Assembly (NCBI GenBank): GCA_963674745.2
Contig: CAXXDV010000003.1
Span: 544,001-608,000 of the forward strand
Length of the DNA stretch: 64,000 nucleotides
Direction of reading: 5' to 3'
DNA from: Desulfosudaceae bacterium
Lineage (GTDB): Bacteria > Desulfobacterota > Desulfobacteria > Desulfobacterales > Desulfosudaceae
Position 1 is the first letter of the stretch; every line of letters starts with the position of its first letter. Shown piece after piece: positions 51,801 through 60,209 of the stretch. The position numbers and the translations under genes are program-made. Under the pieces are notes generated by a model, which saw only the letters and a program-made list of their open reading frames with translations, searched no databases and was not told the origin of the DNA.

Positions 51801-54800
51801 GAAAAGCCGGTATCCGAGACTGCTGCACCGGCCGTGCCGACAGGTACATTGGACAGTTCGGTTGTCCGCGAGGCGTTAAAAGTGGTGTCCGACAGCTTGA
51901 AGTCCATGCAGACCCTTCAGCAGCAAACCGCCCTGGCTCACCAGAAGTTCCTGGAAACCCAGTCGGAAGCGGGCAGGGCACTCGGCATTGTCATGGAAAA
52001 AACCCGGCATTTCAGCTCGACTGTTGCGCCTGCGGGGGATATGCCTTCAATGCCGGTGACACCGGCCCGGCCGGCGCCTGCCCCGGAACCGGAAAGAATG
52101 CCTGCCGCGCCTGTACCGCCGCCGGCCCGGCAAGTGCCGGCCCCGGTTGCACCGGCAACGCCCGGCATTGACGCCGCTGTTATCGAAAGCGCCATGCTCG
52201 ATATCGTCAGCCAGGTGACGGGTTATCCGGCGGACATGCTCGGTCTTGAAATGGACATCGAGAACGACCTGGGCATTGACTCCATCAAGCGGGTCGAGAT
52301 TTTGTCGGTGTTTGAAGAAGAGCACCCGGACATTCCCCCGGCCACACCCGAAGACCTGGCCGAGATGCGGACGCTGCAGGAAATCTGCGATCATTTGCTG
52401 TCATTGGCCGGCACCGGCGCAGCGGCAGCGCCGACCCCGGCCGCACCGGTTGCCGCCGTCCCGGCGGCAGCAGGCGTATCGGCTGCTGGTATCGAAAGCG
52501 CCATGCTCGATATCGTCAGCCGGGTGACGGGTTATCCGGCGGATATGCTGGGTCTTGAAATGGACATCGAGAACGACCTGGGCATTGACTCCATCAAGCG
52601 GGTCGAGATCCTGTCGGTGTTTGAAGAAGAGCACCCGGATATTCCCTCGGCCACACCCGAAGACCTGGCCGAGATGCGGACGCTGCAGGAAATCTGCGAT
52701 CATTTGCTGTCATTGGCCGGCACCGGCGCAGCGGCAGCGCCGACCCCGGCCGCACCGGTTGCCGCCGCCCCGGCGGCAGCAGGCGTATCGGCTGCTGGTA
52801 TCGAAAGCGCCATGCTCGACATCGTCAGCCGGGTGACGGGTTATCCGGCGGATATGCTGGGTCTTGAAATGGACATCGAGAACGACCTGGGCATTGACTC
52901 CATTAAACGGGTCGAGATCCTGTCGGTGTTTGAAGAAGAGCACCCGGATATTCCCTCGGCCACACCCGAAGACCTGGCCGAGATGCGGACGCTGCAGGAA
53001 ATCTGCGATCATTTGCTGTCCCTGTCCGGTTACGCCGGAGGTTCCGGAGTTGCGGTCGACACGGCCGTTGAACCGGTTACCGAACCTGCTGCGCCGGTCG
53101 AACAGCCGGCAGAACAGGTCCTCCGGCGGCGGATCGTTTTGCGTGAGCAGCCCGCGGGGGATGCCGGATCGCTTACCATGGCTGAAGACCGGATGATATT
53201 CGTAACCGGCAATGACCCGGAAACGGGGCAGGCCATCTGTGATCAATTAATGACATCCGGCATAAAGACCCGGTTTCTGGATAAGATCGACGGGGATGTG
53301 GATTTTTCACAAGCCGGCGGGCTGGTGATTGTTTCCAGGTCAGTGTCTGACGGGGATCTGTTGTGGACGGATGAAGATGAAAATTACGTGAAATCGGTTT
53401 TTGAGCTGACGGCACAGGCCGGTCCGGAATTGATCAACCATGCCGCAAGCGGGGAAGATGTCGTCTTCGCAGCCGTTACCCGGCTGGACGGCGCCATGGG
53501 GTTTGGCCAAAGCGTTGATTTTAATCCCCTGTATGCGGCCATGAGCGGGCTGGTGAAAACCGCCGCCATTGAATGGGATAAGGTCATCTGCCGGGTGGTC
53601 GACGTTGATCCGCAATGGCTGGATGCCGAAGCCGCTGCCGGGGCTGTCGTTACCGAAATCCTGAACAAAGAGGGCGCGCTGGAAGTCGGCCTGTCCGACA
53701 AGGCACGACGGGTCATTGAACTGGCGGAAGCGCCTTGTCCGGAAGGGGATATCCATCTTCAGCAGGGGGATGTCATTGTTGTTTCCGGCGGTGCCAGAGG
53801 GGTGACGGCCGAATGCGTCAAAACCCTGGCCGGTCAGACCCCGGCCGCCATCGCGCTGCTGGGCAGATCGCCGTCTCCGGTGGAAGAGCCCGAATGGCTG
53901 AAGCCCGTGACCGGGGAAGCAGAAGTCAAAAAGACAATCATGGCCAATGAATTTGCCGGTCAAAAGGTGTCTCCCATGGAACTGGAGGCTTCCTACAAGA
54001 AACACATGGCCAATCGTGAAATTCTTGAAACCCTGCGCCATATCCGTGACCTGGGCAGGGATGTCGTTTATTATCCGGTGGACATTCGAGACCGGGACGC
54101 CGTAAAAGCGGTTTTTGATACCATCGGACAAAACCAGGGCACCATCCGCTGCCTTGTTCACGGCGCGGGGGTGCTGGAGGACCGGTTTATCGTTGAAAAA
54201 ACACGCCGGCAGTTCGACCGGGTTTTTGATACCAAGGTAAAGGGTGTCAGGACGCTGCTTTCCGTCATCGATCCCGGCCTGTTGCGTTATGTCGTCCTGT
54301 TCTCTTCCGTCACTGCCCGTATGGGCAACAAGGGGCAGGTGGATTACGCCATGGCCAACGAGGTGTTGAACAAGACCGCGCATAAGCTCTCTTTGAGCCT
54401 GACGGACTGCAGGGCCGTTGCTATTAACTGGGGGCCCTGGGACGGCGGTATGGTGACGGCTTCCCTGAAACGGGAATTTGAAAAGAACGGCATTTCCCTG
54501 ATTCCGCTGGCGGCCGGTGCCAGTTGCCTGCTGGCCGAAATGAGCAGTCAGGATAAAGCCGACAGTGAGATCGTCATCGGAGCCGGTTTTTCAGACCTGG
54601 CCGCTGATGCCGGGGAACCGGCTGCTAAAGCGGCCGGGGTCGATCAGCAGCCCGTGACACCGGTAAAAGGCAACGGCCTGTCCATGGCGTTCGAGCGCGA
54701 GGTCAGCCTGGCGTCGTTTCCGGTATTAAAAGCGCATATGTTAAATGGTAAGGCGGTGGTGCCTTTTGCCCTGGCGGCGGAGTGGGTCGGCAGCGGCGCG

Positions 54801-55517
54801 CTTCACGCCAATCCGGGACTGCTGCTGACCGGCATCGACGATATGCGGGTGCTGTCCGGTATCACCTTGAACGGCGGCTCTGAATATATTGAGGTCCAGG
54901 CCGGAAAACCCAAAAAGAACGGTTCCGTATTCGAGGTCGATGTGCAGATCATCACCGGCCCGGATGCCGCGGACAAGCGGCTTCGATATACCGCCCGGGC
55001 GGTCTTGAGCGCCGATTATGAAACACCGCCGCCATTCACCGAACCGGCTTCACTGGCTTCGGGTAGTTATGAAAGATCAACGGCCGATGTATATGAACAG
55101 ATTCTTTTCCATGGCCCGGAACTGGCCGGTATTCGTGACATTTACGCCTGCAGCAAAGAGGGGATAAAGGCGGCCGTTGCCTGCGCGCCAATGCCGCGTC
55201 AATGGATCGCGCAGCCTTTACGGAATACCTGGCTGATCGACCCGATGATTCTGGACGCCGCTTTTCAACTGGCCATTGTCTGGTGTTATGAAAATGCCGG
55301 GGCGGTGTCCCTGCCGGTTTCTTTTAAACAGTTCCGCCAGTATCGTAAGGCCTTCCCGGCTGAAGGTGTCGTGACTGTGCTGGAAGTAAAGCAGCAGACC
55401 GACCGCAAAATGCGCGGTGATTTTACGTTCCTGGATGACGGCGGCGCCGTGGTGGCCCGGATGATTGATTACCAGGCTGTGATGGACAAGGCCCTGAAAA
55501 AGGCGTTTAAAGGTTAA
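48873..55517 (+). CDS. pfaA: PfaA-like iterative type I PKS: KS-MAT-ACPx3-KR-DH
   Basis: KS DAACASS, EAHGTGT, GHTKAAAG; AT GHSFGE, AFH; three DLGIDSIKRVEI ACPs; KR SGGARGVT, YAMAN; DH HMLNGKAVVP...DPMILD. Confidence 0.95.
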   Translation: MSQLKQARNNKDQSIAIVGMGSLFPKSANLKEYWRLLARGEDAIIEVPSSHWSTVDYYRQDTSGGDYTYCKRGGFLSPTLFDPTEFNIPPNILEATDTSQLLGLVVTRMALEDAGYGEGGRNWDRDATGVIVGVTGTQELLIPLSSRLGFPIWRKALENAGVTQEQLDLVMEQISDAYVGWQESSFPGLLGNVVAGRIANRFDLGGTNCVVDAACASSLAALNLAVLELISGRSDMMIAGGIDTLNDIFMHMCFVKTAVLSFSGDAKPFSKSADGTVLGEGLGLFVLKRLEDAERDKDKIYAVIKAMGTSSDGRSAGIYAPVAAGQAKAIRRTYDYAGISPTSVEMVEAHGTGTRVGDAVEFEALAGCFKEAGVEQGSCALGSVKSMIGHTKAAAGAASLAKTALSLYHKAIPPTLKVDEPDPKLGLDQSPFYISTTLRPWFSNRKHPRRAAMSSFGFGGSNYHLVLEEYGADKITTAWDSTVEIVAFSGASKADVVQKLGDLTGAVTEAASDISGFSTIIGRLAADARQSFNPGDKHRLLVILDLMKDDVPGVLQGAIDTINSSEQPIVSGDNLFYGISDHPDGPVGKTAFVFPGQGSQYVYMGRDLAVVFPEAHEAFETANKQFDHFHDAPEKRLSDHVFPAGYTGDRKKPAEENLRSTDIAQPAIGTVSLGMARVLTRFGLAPDMACGHSFGELTALCQAGWMDEETFLSLAAARGKYMAAAGKEPGAMMAVKEDLARIESLITENDLDLVLANRNSYDQGVLSGKEDEIERALGICKQHKIRATRLPVSAAFHTRLVQDAAKPFRDYLRKKDLAATDIAVYSNTTAGAYPKDSAEIKKILGGQILNPVNFVQEVEQMYADGARIFMEIGPKSVLTGLVKSILKGREFHALSLDASGGRKNGLVDLAKTLCFFAAAGHPVKLENWEERPPQAAREQKMRVPICGANYRKEQPKKPRRIAPIVQKPVAAPPPVIEKPVSETAAPAVPTGTLDSSVVREALKVVSDSLKSMQTLQQQTALAHQKFLETQSEAGRALGIVMEKTRHFSSTVAPAGDMPSMPVTPARPAPAPEPERMPAAPVPPPARQVPAPVAPATPGIDAAVIESAMLDIVSQVTGYPADMLGLEMDIENDLGIDSIKRVEILSVFEEEHPDIPPATPEDLAEMRTLQEICDHLLSLAGTGAAAAPTPAAPVAAVPAAAGVSAAGIESAMLDIVSRVTGYPADMLGLEMDIENDLGIDSIKRVEILSVFEEEHPDIPSATPEDLAEMRTLQEICDHLLSLAGTGAAAAPTPAAPVAAAPAAAGVSAAGIESAMLDIVSRVTGYPADMLGLEMDIENDLGIDSIKRVEILSVFEEEHPDIPSATPEDLAEMRTLQEICDHLLSLSGYAGGSGVAVDTAVEPVTEPAAPVEQPAEQVLRRRIVLREQPAGDAGSLTMAEDRMIFVTGNDPETGQAICDQLMTSGIKTRFLDKIDGDVDFSQAGGLVIVSRSVSDGDLLWTDEDENYVKSVFELTAQAGPELINHAASGEDVVFAAVTRLDGAMGFGQSVDFNPLYAAMSGLVKTAAIEWDKVICRVVDVDPQWLDAEAAAGAVVTEILNKEGALEVGLSDKARRVIELAEAPCPEGDIHLQQGDVIVVSGGARGVTAECVKTLAGQTPAAIALLGRSPSPVEEPEWLKPVTGEAEVKKTIMANEFAGQKVSPMELEASYKKHMANREILETLRHIRDLGRDVVYYPVDIRDRDAVKAVFDTIGQNQGTIRCLVHGAGVLEDRFIVEKTRRQFDRVFDTKVKGVRTLLSVIDPGLLRYVVLFSSVTARMGNKGQVDYAMANEVLNKTAHKLSLSLTDCRAVAINWGPWDGGMVTASLKREFEKNGISLIPLAAGASCLLAEMSSQDKADSEIVIGAGFSDLAADAGEPAAKAAGVDQQPVTPVKGNGLSMAFEREVSLASFPVLKAHMLNGKAVVPFALAAEWVGSGALHANPGLLLTGIDDMRVLSGITLNGGSEYIEVQAGKPKKNGSVFEVDVQIITGPDAADKRLRYTARAVLSADYETPPPFTEPASLASGSYERSTADVYEQILFHGPELAGIRDIYACSKEGIKAAVACAPMPRQWIAQPLRNTWLIDPMILDAAFQLAIVWCYENAGAVSLPVSFKQFRQYRKAFPAEGVVTVLEVKQQTDRKMRGDFTFLDDGGAVVARMIDYQAVMDKALKKAFKG
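52181..53020 (+). repeat. Near-identical 309-bp tandem repeats encoding the three ACP domains
   Basis: Units begin at 52181, 52490 and 52799. Confidence 0.95.
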
Positions 55518-55733
55518 GGGCACGGCACGCCGTGCCCCTACAATGCCGGGGCACGAACCCCGGTATGGCGCAGGTCGCGTATTCCCGTCCCGGCATCGTC
55601 CCATAATGCCGGAGCACGAACCCCGGTATGGCGCAGGTCGCGTATTCCCGTGGGCATCGTCCCATAATGTTGGGGCATGGATTCCGGTATGGCGCAGGTC
55701 GCGAACGCCGTAGGGGCACGGCGTGCCGTGCCC
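55518..55733. repeat. REP doublet with internal ~62-bp tandem units, left flank of RAYT
   Basis: Reverse REP, units starting 55542/55605/55666, forward REP; begins right after the pfaA stop. Confidence 0.92.
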
Positions 55734-55792
55734 AACAATACATTACATACGGACGACAGGATGTCGTCTCCATCATTCACCATGGAGGGACA

Positions 55793-56321
55793 ATGCCATA
55801 CAACCCCGATACACACCACCGCCATTCCATTCGTTTGCGGAAATATGATTATTCTCGGGCCGGAGCGTATTTCGTTACCATTTGCACATATAACAAAGAA
55901 TGTCTGTTTGGCAATATTACAGACGGCAAAGTCCGGTTAAACGATGCCGGACGCGTGGTTGGTGGTGAATGGATCAAGACGGCAGAAATACGTAATGAAA
56001 TCCGTTGATTTGGATGAATGGGTGATAATGCCCAATCATTTTCACGGCATTTTGATCATCACCGGTATGGGCGCGGCGCGCCGTGCCCATACAATTGAAC
56101 GGTTTGGAAAACCGGTACCCGGTTCGATACCAACGATCATCCGGTCATTCAAATCCGCCGTTACAAAACAAATAAACGAATTACATCACACGCCCGGCGC
56201 ACCATTATGGCAGAGGAATTATTGGGAACATATTATCCGTAACGAATCCGAATTAAATGAAATCCGGCAATACATCAACAACAATCCGGCGCAATGGGAA
56301 TTAGGACCATCTTTATCATGA
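55793..56321 (+). pseudogene. REP-associated tyrosine transposase (RAYT/TnpA-REP, HUH Y1), frameshifted near 55995-56008
   Basis: ATG 55793 (RBS GGAGG) SIRLRKYDYSRAGAYFVTICT in one frame; VIMPNHFHGI (HUH), FKS, LWQRNYWEHIIR, QYINNNP (catalytic Tyr) in the next frame. Confidence 0.92.
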
Positions 56322-56331
56322 ATAATCGTGA

Positions 56332-56484
56332 GGGCACGGCACGCCGTGCCCCTACAATGCCGGGGCACGAACCCCGGTATGGCGCAGGTCGCGTATTCCC
56401 GTGGGCATCGTCCCATAATGTCGGGGCATGGATTCCGGTATGGCGCAGGTCACGGACTCTGTAGGGGCACGGCGTGCCGTGCCC
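56332..56484. repeat. REP doublet, right flank of RAYT; direct repeat of 55518-55733 with one fewer internal unit
   Basis: Same REP-spacer-REP sequence; 153 vs 216 bp, a difference of one 63-bp unit. Confidence 0.92.
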
Positions 56485-56507
56485 GATTGCGATTCACGTC
56501 TTTATCG

Positions 56508-57017
56508 TCACAATTCCAGCGGCGGCCGGCCGGCCCTTCTGCGGATCTGATCAATGGATCGCCGTATAAAGAGCGATAGTCGACGACCCGCCGTTCAACC
56601 TTGGATTTTCGGCGAAAATGGGGCCGATTTTAGTATCCCGTACGACAGGCGCCGATCATGCCGTACCTTGAAAGTTTTCCGCCCGACATGAAATCCAGGC
56701 AGTATGCACGCCGGTATGCATGATCGTCAGTAGGCCCTGGCCGGGGATGAACAGCATGACGACGCCGGTCAGGATCAGCACCAACCCCATCGCGTTTTTG
56801 AAAATAAGTATTATGATTTTCAGCAATGGCCGTCTTTTCCCCTGCCGCGCCAGACGGCGGGTTCCATGTGTAAAATAGTCGGCGGGCATGTTGACGATCA
56901 GCCAGGGGGCGGCGATCGATGCCCACAAAAGTGAACAGGGATATGATTGTCAGCCAGAAGACCCGAGGCTTCGTGGGTTTTAACGTATTCAATGATGACC
57001 GGATTCATGGTTGTCAT
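56508..57017 (-). pseudogene. PGPGW-type small membrane protein, multiply frameshifted
   Basis: Fragments in different frames: VFWLTIISLFTFVG; PWLIVNMPADYF...MLFIPGQGLLTI; IDQIRRRAGRPPLEL*. Confidence 0.7.
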
Positions 57018-57311
57018 TATGATCCAAAAACAGTCCGCGTCATAAAAGCGCCGGATTTAAGTCCGCTCGTTTATGCTTTTCTTGCCCAGACAAAAGGAAC
57101 CAAGTTTACTCTTCGGGACATGGATGTTTTGAACGGCTGATCCCAATGATGACCTCCGGATTCATCGTGATCATGTCGTTTTTTTGTAATCGCATTGTAT
57201 AATGTCATTATGATTAAAAGCGGCATTTTAAAAGTCCGCCGATTTATCTTTTCTTGACAGCCGGAAAGGACACCGCGTTTAAGTTTACTCTTTGAACACC
57301 CGGACGGCCTT

Positions 57312-57500
57312 GTTGGGGCATGATACCGTGTCCGTGCCGACGCATTTCGCAATCCCGCAGGGGCGACCGGCTGGTCGCCCGTAAACGCCGGCACGGCCCG
57401 TAGGGGCGCGGCGTGCCGTGCCCGATTGCGAATCACGTCCATTCAGGGTACCCCCCTCCCACGGGGGCCTGTGAAGGGGCACGGCGCGCCGTGCCCGATT
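57312..57500 (+). repeat. REP cluster
   Basis: Three or four GTAG-type hairpins; 57400-57439 matches 56461-56500 at 38/40. Confidence 0.85.
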
Positions 57501-57532
57501 ACCTGAAAGATGTTGAATGAAAAGGAGATCAC

Positions 57533-58934
57533 ATGCAAACCTCAGCCGCCGGAGAAGTTCAGCCCTACCGCACACTGAGCCGCCGGGAATTTTTGCGCCT
57601 GTCGGCACTGGCCTCGGCCGGTGTGATCGCCGGGTGTGCCGTCAATCCCGTAACCGGTGAAAAACAATTCATGCTGGTCTCCGAAGACTGGGAGGTTCAA
57701 GTTGACCGGGAAAACTCGCCGCACCAGTTTTCAGCGGATTACGGGGCGACGCAGGATCAGGCGCTGAACCATTATGTCAACCAGGTCGGTACCGCCATGG
57801 CCGCCCGGACGCACCGTCCGCACATGCCTTATTCCTTTCGTTGCGTCAACGCCAATTATATCAATGCCTATGCTTTTCCCGGCGGCAGTATCGCCGCCAC
57901 GCGGGGGATTATGCTGACACTGGAAAGCGAGGCCGAACTGGCCGCGCTGATGGGTCATGAACTCGGTCATGTCAATGCCCGGCACACTGCCCGGCAGATG
58001 TCCAAATCCATGCTGACCCAGGCCCTTGTAGCCGGTGTCAGCGCCTATGCCGCATCCAGAGACGAGCTTTACGGCGACATCGCCGCAACCATCGGTATGA
58101 TCGGTGCCGGCGCGCTGCTGGCCAGCTACAGCCGTGACAACGAGCGTGAAGCCGATCACCTGGGCATGACCTACATGACCCAAAGCGGTTACGGCACGGG
58201 GGGGATGGTTGAACTCATGGACATGTTAAACTCGCTTCATCATGGCAGTTCTGACGCGGTCTCTCTTCTTTTTGCCACTCACCCCATGAGCCAGGAACGG
58301 TATGACACGGCTGTCAGCCAGGCGCAAAGCGAATTTTCTCAGGCCCGGTCAAATCCCGCTCTATCGAGAGCGCTACATGGATAATACCGCTTCTTTAAGG
58401 AGAATAAAAACAGCCGTCGAGCAGTTCCAAAAGGGGGAAGCCTATATCGCCAAAAAAGATTACAATGCCGCTGAATCGGCGATTTTAAAAGGACTGAAAG
58501 TCGTGCCCCAGGATTATGCCGGCCTGGTGATCATGGCCAAATGCAAAATGGCCCAGGGCCAGCACGATCAGGCCCTGCTCTTTTCTGAAAAAGCCAGGCG
58601 GGTGTATCCCCAGGAGGCCCAGGCAAATTATATCAGCGGTTTTTCCAGCCTTCAGCTGAACCGGCTGAACGCGGCCGTGGCCAATTTCAGCGCCTACGAT
58701 AAAAAACTCCCCGGCAACCCCAACACGGTTTTCTTCCGGGGCTATGCCTATGAGAAAATGGGCAGAAAACAGCAGGCGGCCACGGATTACACCGCTTATC
58801 TCAACCAGGTGAATGCCGGCGATCAGGCCCGGCATGCCTACGATAAATTGGTCAAATGGGGGGTATATAAAACCGGCCAACCAGGCCCAGTGACCGCGTC
58901 CGGGCGGACCGTTTCCGGATCCGATTGGGTGTAG
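57533..58934 (+). pseudogene. M48 (BepA/YfgC-like) zinc metalloprotease lipoprotein with TPRs, one-base frameshift near 58351-58357
   Basis: Tat-like SRREFL plus lipobox IAGC; NAYAFPGG, HELGH, YSRDNEREAD, THP. Deleting one base joins the downstream TPR ORF (PLYRERYMDN...). May be a sequencing error. Confidence 0.85.
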
Positions 58935-59480
58935 GGGCGACCGGCCGGTCGCCCTTAAACATGGGTGCCACGGACACAGGGCGACCCGCCGGTCGCCCCT
59001 ACGTGCTGTCGCAATTTGACCAATCACGGGCAAGCTGACGCTTCGCCCGTGGCACCCATTAAAGAAAATACATAAACCTCATGAACCTATAATCACCTGA
59101 AGCCACAGGGCGACCCGCCGGTCGCCCCTACAGAGTTCGTGCCGGGCGTCCATATACATTCCCGTGTGTCCATGAATGATGCCGATGGCGTTCATGGTTG
59201 TTGTAGGGGCAGGCCCCCGTGCCTGCCCGGGGATAGGGCGATCCGCCGGTCGCCCCTACGGAATCGCCTCAAACGTGAACCGAGCCCGAACAACATAAAC
59301 ATGGCAAAAGGGCACGGCACGCCGTGCCCCTACAGCATTCGCGAACGCCCATCTGGCCACTTAATCCCCTCACCACAGAACACCCTAAAACTCTAAAACC
59401 CTAAAACTTTAACACCTTAAAATCCTGAAACATCCCCGAAGCAGGGCCATCCCGAATCCCGAACCTCAAATCTTGAACCG
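58931..59480. repeat. REP cluster with C-rich 8-mer and 7-mer arrays at its right edge
   Basis: Six REP hairpins; CCCTAAAA CTCTAAAA CCCTAAAA; CCCGAAT CCCGAAC CTCAAAT CTTGAAC. Confidence 0.88.
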
Positions 59481-59492
59481 GTGATAGTCCCC

Positions 59493-59534
59493 TTGACATG
59501 TTCTTTGAACGGTGTTAAATTAACATTGTTCAAA
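59493..59534 (+). promoter_or_regulatory. Sigma70 promoter overlapped by a palindromic TetR-type operator
   Basis: TTGACA-17-TAAATT with extended -10 TG; inverted repeat TTTGAACGGTGTTAA-A-TTAACATTGTTCAAA (59504-59534). Confidence 0.75.
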
Positions 59535-59548
59535 TGACAGGAGGGCCA

Positions 59549-60196
59549 ATGCCGAAAGCACCCCGCACACAGGACGAAGTTCAGGAAATCCGAAACCGGA
59601 TTCTGGACGAGGCCATTTATCTGATTACGGAAAAAGGCTTCAACAACCTGAGCATGCGGTCTATTGCCTCACGGGTGAATATGACCGCAGCCAATATTTA
59701 TAATTACTATAAAAACAAGGATGAGCTGTATCTGGACATTCAGACCCGGGGTTTTGAGCAGCTTTACGACTATCTGCAACAGGCCCTGGACGACAACCCC
59801 GACCCTCATGCCGGCATCCCGGCCGTGATGCGGGCCTACCTTGACTTTGGCATTTCGTTTCCCAGCCTGTATGAGATCATGTTTATACTCAACACCCCCA
59901 AGTACGCCGATTATCAGAACACCAGCCTGGAACCGGATGCCTATGTTGAGAAGGAGACGGCCATGAAAGCGGCGCGCCTGCTGGTGGAAGCGATAACCGG
60001 CATTCCACCCGAAGTGTCCCGGGTTGAAACCGGGGAGGCTTTTGCCCTTATGACCCAGGTCTGGACCGCCCTGCACGGTATTGTCAGCCTTTACAACAGC
60101 CGGGTGCTTCAGGAAGTGGAAGCGGATACCGAAGCCTTTATCAATCGCTGCATCAACACATACAGCCGGTTTTTTGTCCTTGATACCGGTGTTTAA
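59549..60196 (+). CDS. TetR/AcrR-family regulator (WHG-like C-domain)
   Basis: HTH RILDEA...GF..LSMR.IA...AANIYNYYKNKDEL; WTALHG; RBS AGGAGG. Confidence 0.93.
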   Translation: MPKAPRTQDEVQEIRNRILDEAIYLITEKGFNNLSMRSIASRVNMTAANIYNYYKNKDELYLDIQTRGFEQLYDYLQQALDDNPDPHAGIPAVMRAYLDFGISFPSLYEIMFILNTPKYADYQNTSLEPDAYVEKETAMKAARLLVEAITGIPPEVSRVETGEAFALMTQVWTALHGIVSLYNSRVLQEVEADTEAFINRCINTYSRFFVLDTGV

Positions 60197-60209
60197 AAGG
60201 AGTTGCCAT

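Noticed and set aside
55542..55710. ~62-bp periodic repeats, and REP clusters generally, as a CRISPR array
   Set aside because: Whole units repeat with no unique spacers, orientations are mixed, and no cas genes are present.
57192..57218. dif-like sequence GCATTGTATAA-TGTCA-TTATGATTAAA, with xerD in the window
   Set aside because: Central spacer is 5 bp rather than 6, the XerD arm has an extra base, and the site can be read as AT-rich promoter DNA. Recheck if the region is repolished.
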